A DNA stretch of 64,000 nt, taken from an uncultured Gammaproteobacteria bacterium (lineage in GTDB: Bacteria; Patescibacteriota; Patescibacteriia; Magasanikbacterales; GWA2-37-8). Below, piece by piece: positions 9,800 through 19,979 of the stretch. Every line of letters starts with the position of its first letter. The first letter of the stretch is position 1. The notes beneath the pieces were generated by a model. The model was not told where the DNA came from. It worked only from the letters and a program-made list of their open reading frames with translations, and did no database searches. The stretch lies in contig CAZQUL010000002.1 of assembly GCA_964596525.1 (NCBI GenBank), positions 9,444 to 73,443 on the forward strand, written 5' to 3'. The position numbers were made by a program, and so were the translations under genes.

Positions 9800-10525
9800 T
9801 TATTTCTTTTTCTTCTGCCGCCACGCCGCGATTTTTTTATGATCGCCGCTCATGAGCACCACAGGGACTTTCCAGCCCAAGAAGTCTTCGGGGCGGGTGA
9901 AATGGGGGTATTCGGCGGACGCGTCGATATCCTTGGTCTTTACCTTATTTTTCTTCGCCTCGGCCACGCTACCGAATGTTTCTTCGCGGAGCGATTCTTG
10001 GTTACCCAACACGCCCGGCACGAGACGGGAAACTGCTTCGACGATCGCGAGCGCTGGAAGTTCACCGCCCGCTAGAACATAATCCCCTACCGACACCCGT
10101 TCGTCAATGAGCTTGTGCACGCGCTCATCGAATCCTTCGTAGCGTCCGGCGATAATGACAAGCCGGTCGAGTTTGACGAATTTTTCAGCCATACGCTGGT
10201 CGAATTTTTTTCCGGACGGATCCATGAGGATGATTTTCTGGTTTTTACCGCCTTGCTTTTCGATCTGCCATTTTTTATTCACCTGGCGCGCTTTGATGGC
10301 CTTGATGCGTTTGAGGCAATCGAAAATCGGCTGCACGGTGAGGAGCATGCCCGCCCCGCCGCCGTAAGGCCGGTCGTCGACGTGTTTCTGTTTGTCTTTG
10401 GTATCATCGCGAAAATTGTGTGCGGCAATACGAATAAGGCCCTTGGATTGCCCGCGCCCGAGGATGCTTTCGGCAGCGTAGGAATGGATGAGATCGGGAA
10501 AGAGGGTGAGAATATCGAAATGCAT
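9800..10525 (-). CDS. trmD: tRNA (guanine37-N1)-methyltransferase
   Basis: MHFDILTLFPDL start, a SPOUT fold and the conserved YEGFDERV motif. Confidence 0.9.
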   Translation of the reverse strand: MHFDILTLFPDLIHSYAAESILGRGQSKGLIRIAAHNFRDDTKDKQKHVDDRPYGGGAGMLLTVQPIFDCLKRIKAIKARQVNKKWQIEKQGGKNQKIILMDPSGKKFDQRMAEKFVKLDRLVIIAGRYEGFDERVHKLIDERVSVGDYVLAGGELPALAIVEAVSRLVPGVLGNQESLREETFGSVAEAKKNKVKTKDIDASAEYPHFTRPEDFLGWKVPVVLMSGDHKKIAAWRQKKKK

Positions 10526-10543
10526 ATCTAGAGGAGAAACAGG

Positions 10544-11140
10544 TCACTTAAGCTTGTAAAACTGAGGTTCTTTTCGCCGCTCTTTGTTCTCAGCATACGG
10601 GATTATCTCAATATGATCAAAAGCCTCATCCGGAGTAATGTCTTCGGCCATCCGCGCCATTCGCTCCAAGTTACCGAACGCACCCCGATTGAAAGAACCG
10701 TCCCGCTCACCAGCTTCCCACGCACGCTGCGCGCGTTCGACGATTTTGTCGGCCGGAACGTTAAAAACTGCCGCCTCTACCCGCACACCCTCGGAACGTA
10801 GTTGTAGCACTTCGGCACGCATTTTCTTTTGCAGGTTTGTGCCGTCAAAAACGATTCGATTAGATTTCGATTCCCGGACAGCAGAACGAACGGCTTCTCC
10901 GAGCCAAGCGATGGCCAGGCGATTTTTTATCGCAAACCGCGCTTCTGGCGTCGAGGCGCCTTCGTCCCTACATGTCGCATCGACCGCAGCTTCGAACTCC
11001 GGACTTTTAACGATGTGCTCAAGAACTTCATCACGGGAAATCACTGCCCAGCCATCATGGGATAATTTCTTTACAAAAGAAGATTTTCCCGAAAACGGCA
11101 AACCGACCGTGCAAACCACCTTTTTGGGGAGTGAGTCCAT
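10544..11140 (-). CDS. P-loop NTPase, predicted kinase (AAA_33-like)
   Basis: Walker A motif GLPFSGKSS close to the N-terminus. Start chosen at MDSLPKK. Confidence 0.6.
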   Translation of the reverse strand: MDSLPKKVVCTVGLPFSGKSSFVKKLSHDGWAVISRDEVLEHIVKSPEFEAAVDATCRDEGASTPEARFAIKNRLAIAWLGEAVRSAVRESKSNRIVFDGTNLQKKMRAEVLQLRSEGVRVEAAVFNVPADKIVERAQRAWEAGERDGSFNRGAFGNLERMARMAEDITPDEAFDHIEIIPYAENKERRKEPQFYKLK

Positions 11141-11253
11141 ATACATAAAATAAAAGTAGGTATAGCTTACCAAAAATAAGCTCTTTCTGGAACACAACTA
11201 GAGCAACAATAAAACCACCTTGCGGCGGTTTTATTGTTTTGTAGTTGGAGAAA

Positions 11254-11571
11254 CTAGATACCGAGATCATCGACGGCGCTGGTGTCGTTCATGGCACTGT
11301 CCATAGCACCACCGCGGGGTCCGCGACCACCGGCCGGTTCTTCGATCTTCAAGTTAACGCGAGCGTTCTGCTTGGAGCCGAAGGCCTTGAGGAGGATGCG
11401 AATGGCACGGGCAGTCTGGCCCTGGCGGCCGATGACGTAACCCATGTCGCTCGGATCAACCTTGAGCGTGATAAGGACGCCGCGTTCATCAACGATACGG
11501 GTGGTGGTAACCTTGTCCGGATTGTTGACGACCGGCTTGACGAGCATCTCAACAAATTGTTGATCAGTCAT
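11254..11571 (-). CDS. KH-domain RNA-binding protein (KhpA/YlqC-like)
   Basis: GYVIGRQGQTARAIR KH motif. Sits between rpsP and trmD, as in the conserved rpsP-KH-rimM-trmD cluster. RBS AAGGA precedes the ATG at 11571. Confidence 0.75.
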   Translation of the reverse strand: MTDQQFVEMLVKPVVNNPDKVTTTRIVDERGVLITLKVDPSDMGYVIGRQGQTARAIRILLKAFGSKQNARVNLKIEEPAGGRGPRGGAMDSAMNDTSAVDDLGI

Positions 11572-11716
11572 AATCCTTAGTAACATGCTGTGTTAAGACG
11601 CAGTCTGTCGACACTCATGGAGAGAGCTTAACACCTCTGTCCACCAGTACTGCTTGCACCATAAGTATAGCAAAGGGCTAAAAGAGGGTCAATAATAATC
11701 CACATGATGGAAATCT

Positions 11717-11817
11717 GTCGTTGCGAGGAGCGGGTTAGACGAGCGACGAAGCAATCCCCCAGTACTTCAAAGCTCACTTTAATATCAAGGGGATTGCTTC
11801 GCTGCGCTCGCAATGAC
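11717..11817. repeat. 101-bp palindromic intergenic repeat element, copy A (rpsP-KH intergenic)
   Basis: Long imperfect inverted repeat. Left arm gtcgttgcgaggagcgggttagacgagcgacgaagcaatcccc, right arm ggggattgcttcgctgcgctcgcaatgac, with a 28-nt central loop. The right arm is identical to that of copy B at 19832-19932. Confidence 0.6.
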
Positions 11818-11882
11818 AAATACTTAAAATAACAAAAAACCACCGCTTCTATCTACGAAGGGTGGTTCTTTACATGAAGTTC

Positions 11883-12197
11883 TTACGCGGCTTTTTTCTT
11901 GTCGGCCACTTTGGCTTTGCGCTTGGTGGTGAGGTAGACGGATTTTTTCTTCTTGGCTTTGATGAGGCCTTTTTCTACGAACATGTTGTGGATGGTGTCC
12001 GAAGTTTGAGCACCTTTATCAAGCCAGTACGAGATGCGTTCGGTGTTGAGGCGGAGCGGCTCTTTGGTATCATGCGGGTTGAAAATACCGAGCTGTTCGA
12101 GGTACATGCCTTTGGTGTCGCGGGCTTTTTCGGAAATGATAAGGCGGTAGGTGGCGAACTTATTTTTACCGACGCGCTGGAGGCGGATGGTGAGCAT
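11883..12197 (-). CDS. rpsP: 30S ribosomal protein S16
   Basis: MLTIRLQRVGKNKFATYRLII is the canonical S16 N-terminus. Confidence 0.9.
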   Translation of the reverse strand: MLTIRLQRVGKNKFATYRLIISEKARDTKGMYLEQLGIFNPHDTKEPLRLNTERISYWLDKGAQTSDTIHNMFVEKGLIKAKKKKSVYLTTKRKAKVADKKKAA

Positions 12198-12271
12198 ACA
12201 AAAATTAATGCCTTGATGAAGAATGACAAAATTAGCTTAAAGAAGACGGATTTGAGAGCACGGTCACTCTA

Positions 12272-15200
12272 CTATACGGTGAAAGATTTGTCAACGGGGG
12301 TGGATGGGACTACGGAAGCAGGCTTCTGGGCATCGAGTTTGACGCTCACGACCTGCGAAATACCATCTCCGCTCATGGCGACGCCGTAGAGTGCATCGGC
12401 CGTATGCATAGTAACCCGGTTGTGGGTGATAAGGATGAATTGCGAACGCTCCGCCAACTCCGAAAGAATGCGGACGAAGCGGTGGGTATTGGCTTCGTCG
12501 AGCGCAGCTTCGACTTCGTCGAGGATCACGAAGGGTGAGGGATTATCGTGCAAAATGGCGCAGATGAGGGCAATGGACGTAAGAGTACGCTCGCCACCGG
12601 AAAGCGAGTTGAGATATTTGATTTTCTTGCCCGGCGGATTAGCCATGACATCGATGCCGACGAGGATTTTTTCGCGGTTAGGTTTGAGCTGCTGCTCTTC
12701 TCCTTCGGGTAGCGGGTTCTCTTCGGCGCCTTCTTCGGTCGGCTCATCAGCATACACTTCTTCGAGATCGGCTTCACCGCCTTCAAAAAGGATGGTGAAA
12801 TAACGTTTGAATTCCTGACGGATTTTCTTGAAAGCCTGCGAGCGGCGTTTTTTCATTTCCTTGTCGAGGTCGGCAAGAAGCGAGGTTAAATCGCCGGCTG
12901 CGGTCGTGAGGTCGGTGTACTGGCCATCGAGGTATTCAAAGCGCTCTTTGGTGGCCTGGTATTCCTTTACCACTTCTTCGTCGATGCCACCGATGAGGCT
13001 GAGTTTGTATTTGAGTTTTTGGATTGATTCCGCACACGTCTCGCGTTCTTCGGTAGTTAAAACACGCTCCACGCGTCCAGCGAGCGAAAGGAGCTGCTCG
13101 CCGAGTTCGGCCGTGACTTCGTGCACGAGATCTTCACGGCGGGTTTCAAGTTTGGCCGCTTCGATACCAAGGGCATTTTTGCGATCGGTGAGGCCGTTGA
13201 CGACGAGTTGGCGTTCTTGCATAGAACGCTGCAACGCAAAGATCCGCTGTTCTTTTTCTTCTTCGTGTTTGTTGAATTCTTGGAGTTCAGAGAGGGCGCG
13301 CGCTACGTTTTCTTGAGCGGCAAGAAGCGTCTCTCGAAGCTTTTCTTGTTCGGTTTTGAGCGAAGCGAGAAGCGCCGTATAGGCAGCCGGATCGCTGGTA
13401 AGAAGGGCGAGTTCTTGTTCATGTGAGGCCATTTCTTTGCTCAGGTTCTGGAGCGAAGAGCGCACTACGCTGAGGCGGGCAGACATGCCTTCATCCTTGG
13501 CACGCGCTTCGAGAAGCTTGGCTTGGGCAGCCGGGAGTGCATCATCGATGTCTTTGAGGCGTTTTTCTTCGCGGCCAAGAGCAGCGGCATAGTCTTCATT
13601 CCCCTCTTCGGTGAGTGTGAGACGCGACGAGAACGTAAGGCCGCGGCGAGCGACGCGGAAACCACCACGCATGACACCTTGCTTTTCGGCTACGTCGCCA
13701 GCGAGCGTGACGAACCGCGCACGACCGATGCCGATGCGCTCCGCGGCCGCCAAATCGGGCACGACAAGAGTGGCACCGAACAAAAAGGAAAAGACGTTTT
13801 CGTAGCGTTTATCGAAGCGGATAAGGTCGAGCGCGCGGCCGATGACGTCGGGATGGTTCGCCACATCGGCTTCGTCGGAGTTGAGGTAGCGCGGTTTGAC
13901 GGTCGTGAGCGGGAGGAAGGTGGCGGTGCCGAGTTTTTCTTGGCGCAAGTAATCGATAGCAAGGCGGGCTACGCTTTCGTCAGCTACGATAAGGGACGTG
14001 AGGTGCTGGCCGACGGCCACTTCAAGCGCGATACGGTAGGCATCATCTACCTCGCCGAGTTCGGCAACTACGCCGTACACTTCGCCGAAGCGGCGACGGG
14101 CATCGAGTACAGCTTTAACAGCGGAAAGGCCGGAGATATGCCAATAATCACGCTCGGCTTCGCGTTTGAGGGATTGCCCTTGGAGGCGCGTGAGGGTGAG
14201 TGCGGTCGCGGAGCGTTCGGCATGGAGACGTTCCACTTCGCGGCGGGCGGTTTCGATGACGGCGGCGTGGCGCGTGCGCTCTTCGGTGATCGCCGCTTCG
14301 TCGCGCGTCAAGGTTTCGTGGTCGCGTTTAAAATCTTGGAGTTTGCGTTCGAGCCACGAAATATCGTGGTGGCCGGTCTGGGCGTATTCGGTCTGCATGC
14401 GGCCTTCCAAGATGGCGAGCTGCTTTTCGAGCGCATGCTGCTCGCGGACCGCTTCTTCGTGGCGGGCACGGAGGTTTTCAAAAACGTCTTGGCGCGACGG
14501 ACTTTGGGCGAGATGGGCAAGCTCGGTTTGAATGGTCGTCAAACCGTCGGTCGCAGCGTCAAGCTCACGCTGCACCGCATTGACGCCTTCGGCGATGCGT
14601 TCGAGCTCGATGCGTCCTTCGTGGTAGAGGCTCACGTAGTAGAGTTCTTGCTGCCCACGCAAATCGCGTTCCACTTCGTGGCGCTCTTCGAGTTTCTTCA
14701 CCTGGCGGGTGAGCAGTTTGAGGCGCGGCTCGATTTCTGCCAGCACAGCTTTAGCCTGCTCGAGGTGTTCGTTCGTGCGGGAAAGTTTGAGATGAGCTTG
14801 ATGGCGTTTGATTTGAAGTTCTTTGATACCGCAGGCTTCATCGAAGAATTCCTTGCGCTCGGAAGGATTGACGGTGAGAAGGCGGTCGATCATGCCCTGA
14901 CTTACGATGCTGTAAGAATTTTCGGCAACGCCGGCTTGGGCCATGAGCAAATGGATGTCGAGGAGGCGGACCGGGGTATTATTAATGAGATATTCGCTTT
15001 CACCGCTCCGATATAAACGGCGGATAAGAGTAATTTCGTCGGCGTCATAACTCGGCACGCGGCGATCGGCGTTGTCGAGAATCATGATGACTTCGGCCAA
15101 GGACATGGCACCGCGGGTGGTGGAGCCGCTAAAAATCACGTCTTCGCTTTTTTTACTGCGAATGGTTTTCATACTCTGCTCGCCCATCACCCAGCGGATA

Positions 15201-15346
15201 GCGTCGGTGACGTTGGATTTACCTGAACCGTTCGGACCGACGATGCCGGTAACGCTAAAGCGACCGTTCGCGGGAGGCAAGAATTCCACCACGGTGCGGT
15301 TGGCGAAGGATTTGAAACCATGAATTTCGATTCGTTTGAGGTACAT
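12272..15346 (-). CDS. smc: Chromosome segregation protein SMC
   Basis: 1024 aa. N-terminal Walker A GPNGSGKSN, long coiled coils, a hinge, and a C-terminal signature/Walker B. Confidence 0.9.
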   Translation of the reverse strand: MYLKRIEIHGFKSFANRTVVEFLPPANGRFSVTGIVGPNGSGKSNVTDAIRWVMGEQSMKTIRSKKSEDVIFSGSTTRGAMSLAEVIMILDNADRRVPSYDADEITLIRRLYRSGESEYLINNTPVRLLDIHLLMAQAGVAENSYSIVSQGMIDRLLTVNPSERKEFFDEACGIKELQIKRHQAHLKLSRTNEHLEQAKAVLAEIEPRLKLLTRQVKKLEERHEVERDLRGQQELYYVSLYHEGRIELERIAEGVNAVQRELDAATDGLTTIQTELAHLAQSPSRQDVFENLRARHEEAVREQHALEKQLAILEGRMQTEYAQTGHHDISWLERKLQDFKRDHETLTRDEAAITEERTRHAAVIETARREVERLHAERSATALTLTRLQGQSLKREAERDYWHISGLSAVKAVLDARRRFGEVYGVVAELGEVDDAYRIALEVAVGQHLTSLIVADESVARLAIDYLRQEKLGTATFLPLTTVKPRYLNSDEADVANHPDVIGRALDLIRFDKRYENVFSFLFGATLVVPDLAAAERIGIGRARFVTLAGDVAEKQGVMRGGFRVARRGLTFSSRLTLTEEGNEDYAAALGREEKRLKDIDDALPAAQAKLLEARAKDEGMSARLSVVRSSLQNLSKEMASHEQELALLTSDPAAYTALLASLKTEQEKLRETLLAAQENVARALSELQEFNKHEEEKEQRIFALQRSMQERQLVVNGLTDRKNALGIEAAKLETRREDLVHEVTAELGEQLLSLAGRVERVLTTEERETCAESIQKLKYKLSLIGGIDEEVVKEYQATKERFEYLDGQYTDLTTAAGDLTSLLADLDKEMKKRRSQAFKKIRQEFKRYFTILFEGGEADLEEVYADEPTEEGAEENPLPEGEEQQLKPNREKILVGIDVMANPPGKKIKYLNSLSGGERTLTSIALICAILHDNPSPFVILDEVEAALDEANTHRFVRILSELAERSQFILITHNRVTMHTADALYGVAMSGDGISQVVSVKLDAQKPASVVPSTPVDKSFTV

Positions 15347-15518
15347 GAAGATAAAAGAATGTTCGTAGTATACTCAAAAAACGGCGGTAGGGCCATCGGT
15401 TCCATCCACAGGCGATCAGCACACACGTAAAGGTAGTTTTTATTGACAAAAGAGCTGTTTTATACTATAAGAAGGCTGGCTTTGGGCTTTCTAACAACCA
15501 TAACGATCGAGGTTTTCA

Positions 15519-16232
15519 ATGAGCCATAAAGGGACAGCATATGCTCGCCGGCAGGACGGCAAAGGCGATCAGGACGGTCTCTACACCGAACACACGCTTG
15601 AGACCCAGCTCCGGATGCTGCGCGAGGCGTTTCGGATTAATTTTAAGGATTTCATACCGACGATACCGCGTATGGAGAGCGAAGGGCTCTTTGTGATCCC
15701 ACACTGGTCGACGGTGGGATCTAAATACGCCGAGGCCGTGCAAGCAGCCCTCGACGCTCTCAGTGGCGTTATCACGAAGAAGGGTCGCTTCTCAGTCTCG
15801 ATTCTCAACTTCGACCCCGATCGGCTGGAAGAAATGGCCTCAAAACACGCCCATCTTGAACGACTCCGCAAGAAGCAAGGGACCGATACACTGCTCATTT
15901 CCGGTCAGTTGGGAAACCACTATGTCGGCCATACGGCAGCGCAAGTAAGCGCCGCTCTCGGTCCACAGGGTTTTCATTTTGGCGTCTTTGAGGGCGCCTG
16001 CCTGCTTATTTCCCACCCGGATCGTCTCGGCAATCCACGCAGTCTCGCTCTGGATCTGGCAGGAGACCGCTATTTCCTTAATTCCGACCGTGTCTTCAAG
16101 CCCGGCATATCGTTTCGGCGCATTCCCTACTACCGACGCGATAGCAAGAACGTCATGCGTTTGTCGATCCGCAATGCGGACGAAGGCACTTATGACCGTG
16201 GTTGCGCCACCGGCGTCGGCCTGAAGAGCTAA
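15519..16232 (+). CDS. Hypothetical protein
   Basis: 237-aa ORF with a GAGG RBS and an upstream TTGACA-17-TATAAG promoter. No recognised motifs. Confidence 0.5.
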   Translation: MSHKGTAYARRQDGKGDQDGLYTEHTLETQLRMLREAFRINFKDFIPTIPRMESEGLFVIPHWSTVGSKYAEAVQAALDALSGVITKKGRFSVSILNFDPDRLEEMASKHAHLERLRKKQGTDTLLISGQLGNHYVGHTAAQVSAALGPQGFHFGVFEGACLLISHPDRLGNPRSLALDLAGDRYFLNSDRVFKPGISFRRIPYYRRDSKNVMRLSIRNADEGTYDRGCATGVGLKS

Positions 16233-16235
16233 GAA

Positions 16236-16280
16236 CCACCCCCCCTGCCCTCAACGGCAGGTGGTTTTATTTATAGTCCC
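16236..16280 (+). terminator. Rho-independent terminator
   Basis: Compound GC hairpin (accacc...ctgccctcaacggcag...gtggt) followed by tttatttat. Confidence 0.45.
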
Positions 16281-16401
16281 CAGATACATTTGACTTTTTG
16301 CTGTACTATTCCTAGCATGAAGCACTTCTCGCCCCCAAAACGAGACCGATCTTTAGCACCGCCTCGCAACCACCAAAGATACGCAAGGAGAGAATACGTC
16401 C

Positions 16402-17847
16402 ATGGAGACCTACGGCAGACCCCTTCTCGGCATCCTTAGCTTTCTAGTTTTGTTTCTTGCCGCTACGGTACAAGCGCAAGAATCTCGCCCCCTACGGGGA
16501 GACGTAACCGCCTACGCTGAACGTTTGGCACACGCCACTCCACCGATCCGTGTACTTACCGCCGCACTACCCGCCTCGAAACAGGCCCAGGCAGCCTATC
16601 AGGCACGCTCGGCGGCCAAACAGGCGGTGGTGCCGCCGGCTCTGACGGATGATTTCCGCGGCCTCGTGGTTTCACTCGTCTTTGATGAACCGGGCGCGAC
16701 AGTACTTGCCGCATATGTGGAAAGTTCGCGCTATCCGGAGGAATTTCCTGCCCGCAAGAAGATTGCACGGCAAATGACTGATGATCCAGCCACTTCTGCC
16801 GAAGCACTCTTTGCCCCCTTGCTTACGGCCTTGAATATCCACGTGCCAGCACCTGCCGCGCCAGCACCTCCACCACCGAACGATATACAACCAGCGGCCA
16901 CCCCTGCACCTTTGCACACACCAGGCTCCGAGCCTCAGCCTGCACCGCCCCCGACGCACCCATCAGAAGAGCCGAGTGCCGAGCGCAACATTGCGCTCCT
17001 TATCGGCGCAGGGATCATGCTCTTCGTGATCGCGCTCGTGATTCTGCATGTGCGACGGCGTCTGAATGCGGAGGATACCGCGTCACTCCCACCCATCCAG
17101 ACCAACGAACCAGCACCGTTCGTCATGCCGGGGACAAACCCCCCTGAAGATCTCATCACGATCTATTTTCCCGAGCTTGCGACGCTCAAGAGCAAAGAGC
17201 AGGAGATTCGGCTCAAGGACGCTCTCCTCAAAGCCGGATTCAAGCTCGGGATGATGGCCGAAATAATCGCCACCTGGCGCGAGCGTCGGCCAGACTTCTA
17301 CCGTGACATCGAGCGTCTCTGGGGAAAGAACCTGGAGTCGTATGCCCAGTTTATCGCCCAGGCCTACGACCGTTTTACCCGCGAACGTTCCGAGCGCAAT
17401 TTAGCGCTCATTGCGCAGTGTCTGCGGGTTTTCGAGGAACCGTGGCGCATTGCCACCGACCTCCAAGGCACGCTGATCCGAACGATCGCGCAGGCCGAGT
17501 ACCTGACGCACGAACTCGAGAAAGTGGTACAGCACCTAAGCGGCGACCTTCGCGAGCGCATCGCGAACAAGATCAATGCCGCAGAGCGCCAGATCCGCAC
17601 CAAGCACGAAATGGAATCTCTGGCGGCATGGCAGAGACTCGCCGCCGAGCTCAGGCAAGAATTTGACTACCTACAGCTCCACTTGAATACGCCCGGCACG
17701 ACGATCGCCGACCACGACCACCCAACAGCCCCCTATCGAAAGGGTGTGGCCGAGGTTCTGCAGCATATCAGCAGTCTCAACGCCATTCACGCTGACACCG
17801 TGGAGACTACGTCTCTGGAACACGCCCAGACGCTCAAGCCAGTGTAA
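16402..17847 (+). CDS. Hypothetical bitopic membrane protein with proline-rich extracellular region
   Basis: Signal peptide (LLGILSFLVLFLAATVQA), a Pro/Ala-rich segment, a TM helix (IALLIGAGIMLFVIALVILHV) and a cytoplasmic C-terminal domain of about 280 aa. RBS AAGGAGA. Confidence 0.6.
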   Translation: METYGRPLLGILSFLVLFLAATVQAQESRPLRGDVTAYAERLAHATPPIRVLTAALPASKQAQAAYQARSAAKQAVVPPALTDDFRGLVVSLVFDEPGATVLAAYVESSRYPEEFPARKKIARQMTDDPATSAEALFAPLLTALNIHVPAPAAPAPPPPNDIQPAATPAPLHTPGSEPQPAPPPTHPSEEPSAERNIALLIGAGIMLFVIALVILHVRRRLNAEDTASLPPIQTNEPAPFVMPGTNPPEDLITIYFPELATLKSKEQEIRLKDALLKAGFKLGMMAEIIATWRERRPDFYRDIERLWGKNLESYAQFIAQAYDRFTRERSERNLALIAQCLRVFEEPWRIATDLQGTLIRTIAQAEYLTHELEKVVQHLSGDLRERIANKINAAERQIRTKHEMESLAAWQRLAAELRQEFDYLQLHLNTPGTTIADHDHPTAPYRKGVAEVLQHISSLNAIHADTVETTSLEHAQTLKPV

Positions 17848-18005
17848 CCATGTCACTCGCAGGCCCCCAAGGTCTGCTTTTAATTTCAACCTTCTTCACC
17901 ATCCAAGTATCGACCCTTGACAAAAGAGGAGTAAGATAGTAGAGTGGGTTGTTTTACCGACAAAACGACTGGCACTGCCTCGCATCAGAGAGGGTGAGCC
18001 CAGGT

Positions 18006-18034
18006 TTGCACCCGTCATTTTTCTCGGTTATACT
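18006..18034 (+). promoter_or_regulatory. Sigma70-like promoter for nrnA (TTGCAC-17-TATACT)
   Basis: Good -35 and -10 hexamers with 17-bp spacing, about 10 bp upstream of the start codon. Confidence 0.45.
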
Positions 18035-18042
18035 GTAAAGCT

Positions 18043-19008
18043 ATGCACCAAGCCTTTTCCGCTCTCCACGATCATCTCAAAGAGAGTAAGAAAATTGTAC
18101 TTATTCCGCACCAGCACCCAGACGGGGACGCGATGGGATCTGCCACCGCTTTTTTGGAATACCTGACGTGCCAGGGCAAAGAGTGCACGATTTTCTGCGC
18201 CACGCCGGTGGGCGACAAATGGCACTTCTTGCACCGCGCTCATCATGCCACGAACGATCCGGCCGTACTTTCGCACCCAGACATCGACACCATCATTGTG
18301 CTTGATTCAGGCGACCTTAAATACGCGGGCGTTGAACATCTTCTAAAAGATCATCCGGCCACGATTGTGAACATCGACCACCACACCACCAACCAGCATT
18401 TCGGCCACATTAACGTAGTCAACCCGGCTGCTTCGTCGACGAGCGAAATTTTGTACCGCTTCTTCAAGCACACGGCTGCGCCCCTGAACGACAACATGGC
18501 CACCTCGCTTTTAACCGGCTTCATTACGGACACCGATAATTTCACCAACGCCGCCACCTCGGCCGATGCCATGGCCTTTGCCGGTGATCTCGTCGACAAC
18601 GGCGGCGATATTCACCGTGTCAACGATCTCTTGGTGAAAAACAAAACCGTCGACTCGCTCAAACTCTGGGGCAAAGCGCTCGAGCGCCTCAAAAAGCACG
18701 ACGATACCGACCTCACCTACACCTACATCACGCGCGACGATCTTAAAGAAACCAACGCGAGCGACAGCGAATCCGAAGGCATCGCCAACTTCCTTAACAA
18801 CTTAGGCGACACCAAAATCGCGCTTATCCTTAAAGAAACGATCGACGGCAAAATCAAAGGCAGCTTCCGTACTATCCGTGATGACGTGGATGTCTCCGAA
18901 ATCGCCAAACGCATGGGTGGTGGCGGTCACCGGCGCGCGGCCGGGTTCACGGCCGAAGGGTCGATGAAAGATATCCTGGGAAAAATCATCAACGCCGCCA
19001 AAACGTAA
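18043..19008 (+). CDS. nrnA: DHH-family phosphoesterase (NrnA-like oligoribonuclease/pAp phosphatase)
   Basis: DHH motifs (HQHPDGDAMGS, NIDHH) and a DHHA1 motif GGGH near the C-terminus. Confidence 0.8.
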   Translation: MHQAFSALHDHLKESKKIVLIPHQHPDGDAMGSATAFLEYLTCQGKECTIFCATPVGDKWHFLHRAHHATNDPAVLSHPDIDTIIVLDSGDLKYAGVEHLLKDHPATIVNIDHHTTNQHFGHINVVNPAASSTSEILYRFFKHTAAPLNDNMATSLLTGFITDTDNFTNAATSADAMAFAGDLVDNGGDIHRVNDLLVKNKTVDSLKLWGKALERLKKHDDTDLTYTYITRDDLKETNASDSESEGIANFLNNLGDTKIALILKETIDGKIKGSFRTIRDDVDVSEIAKRMGGGGHRRAAGFTAEGSMKDILGKIINAAKT

Positions 19009-19130
19009 GAAACCCGTTCGTAGAGAGCGGGTTTTTATTTAAAGGCACTGCCCCGCCGGCACTCATCACAACTATTTACTAGAGTCTGTTCTCCTGCTAT
19101 AGTTTCCCCATTCCTACTTAGCTTACCTGT

Positions 19131-19745
19131 ATGAAAAAATCTTCATTCGAAGGCCCTTCTAGCCAATACCTTATCCCGACCGTCATTGAAAAAACCCACC
19201 TCGGCGAGCGCGCCTATGATATTTATTCCCGCCTCCTGCAAGACCGCATCATTTTCCTCGGTACCGGCATCGATGACGTGGTAGCCAATTCCATCATCGC
19301 GCAGCTCCTGTTTTTGGAAAACCAGAATTCGGAAAAAGACATCAAGCTCTACATCAATTCCCCCGGCGGTTCGGTAACGGCTGGCCTCGCCATCTACGAC
19401 ACCATGCAGTACATCAAATCGGACGTTTCGACCATCTGCATCGGCATGGCAGCCAGCATGGGCGCAGTACTCCTTGCGGCCGGCGCCAAAGGCAAACGAT
19501 TCGCGCTCCCGAATGCCGAAGTGATGATCCATCAAGTCATGGGCGGTATGGAAGGCCAAGCGAGCGACATCAAAATCCACGCCGAGCGTATTTTGCACGT
19601 CAAAGACCGTCTCAACTCCATTCTCGCCAAACACACCGGCCGCGATCTTAAAACCATCGAGCGCGACACGGACCGCGACAACTTCATGACCGGGGACGAA
19701 GCTAAAAAATACGGTCTCATCGACAAAGTCATCGAAAACCAATAA
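19131..19745 (+). CDS. clpP: ATP-dependent Clp protease proteolytic subunit
   Basis: Catalytic Ser in GMAASMGA. The classic ClpP sequence RIIFLG...INSPGG is present throughout. Confidence 0.9.
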   Translation: MKKSSFEGPSSQYLIPTVIEKTHLGERAYDIYSRLLQDRIIFLGTGIDDVVANSIIAQLLFLENQNSEKDIKLYINSPGGSVTAGLAIYDTMQYIKSDVSTICIGMAASMGAVLLAAGAKGKRFALPNAEVMIHQVMGGMEGQASDIKIHAERILHVKDRLNSILAKHTGRDLKTIERDTDRDNFMTGDEAKKYGLIDKVIENQ

Positions 19746-19752
19746 TCAAAAA

Positions 19753-19780
19753 GAGCTGCCACCGGGCAGTTCTTTTTTTG
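19753..19780 (+). terminator. Rho-independent terminator after clpP
   Basis: gagctgccaccgggcagttc hairpin followed by ttttttt. Confidence 0.5.
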
Positions 19781-19831
19781 ATCTGCTATTGCAACCCGCC
19801 GTGGCGGCGACGAAACCAACCTCGAGAGTCC

Positions 19832-19932
19832 GTCATTGCAAGGAGTGAGTTAGACGAGCGACGAAGCAATCTCCTTGATACTAGAGTGAGCTCTGAATTA
19901 CAGGGGGATTGCTTCGCTGCGCTCGCAATGAC
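19832..19932. repeat. 101-bp palindromic intergenic repeat element, copy B (clpP/truB convergent intergenic)
   Basis: Same element as 11717-11817. The 29-nt right arm is identical, the left arm differs at about 6 positions, and the central 28-nt loop is the reverse complement of the copy A loop. Confidence 0.6.
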
Positions 19933-19979
19933 GGTGTTAACGAGCTACTCTCCTAGCTAACAAGCTACCTGACTACCAG

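Noticed and set aside
13523-15016. 497-aa plus-strand ORF entirely inside smc
   Set aside because: Antisense to a confidently identified SMC gene. Its composition is Ala/Gly/Arg-rich junk typical of the antisense strand of GC-rich coding DNA.
11717-19932. Interpretation of the palindromic repeats as integron attC sites
   Set aside because: The two copies are 8 kb apart and separated by core housekeeping genes. There is no intI and no cassette array. The R-box consensus GTTRRRY is not present at the ends.
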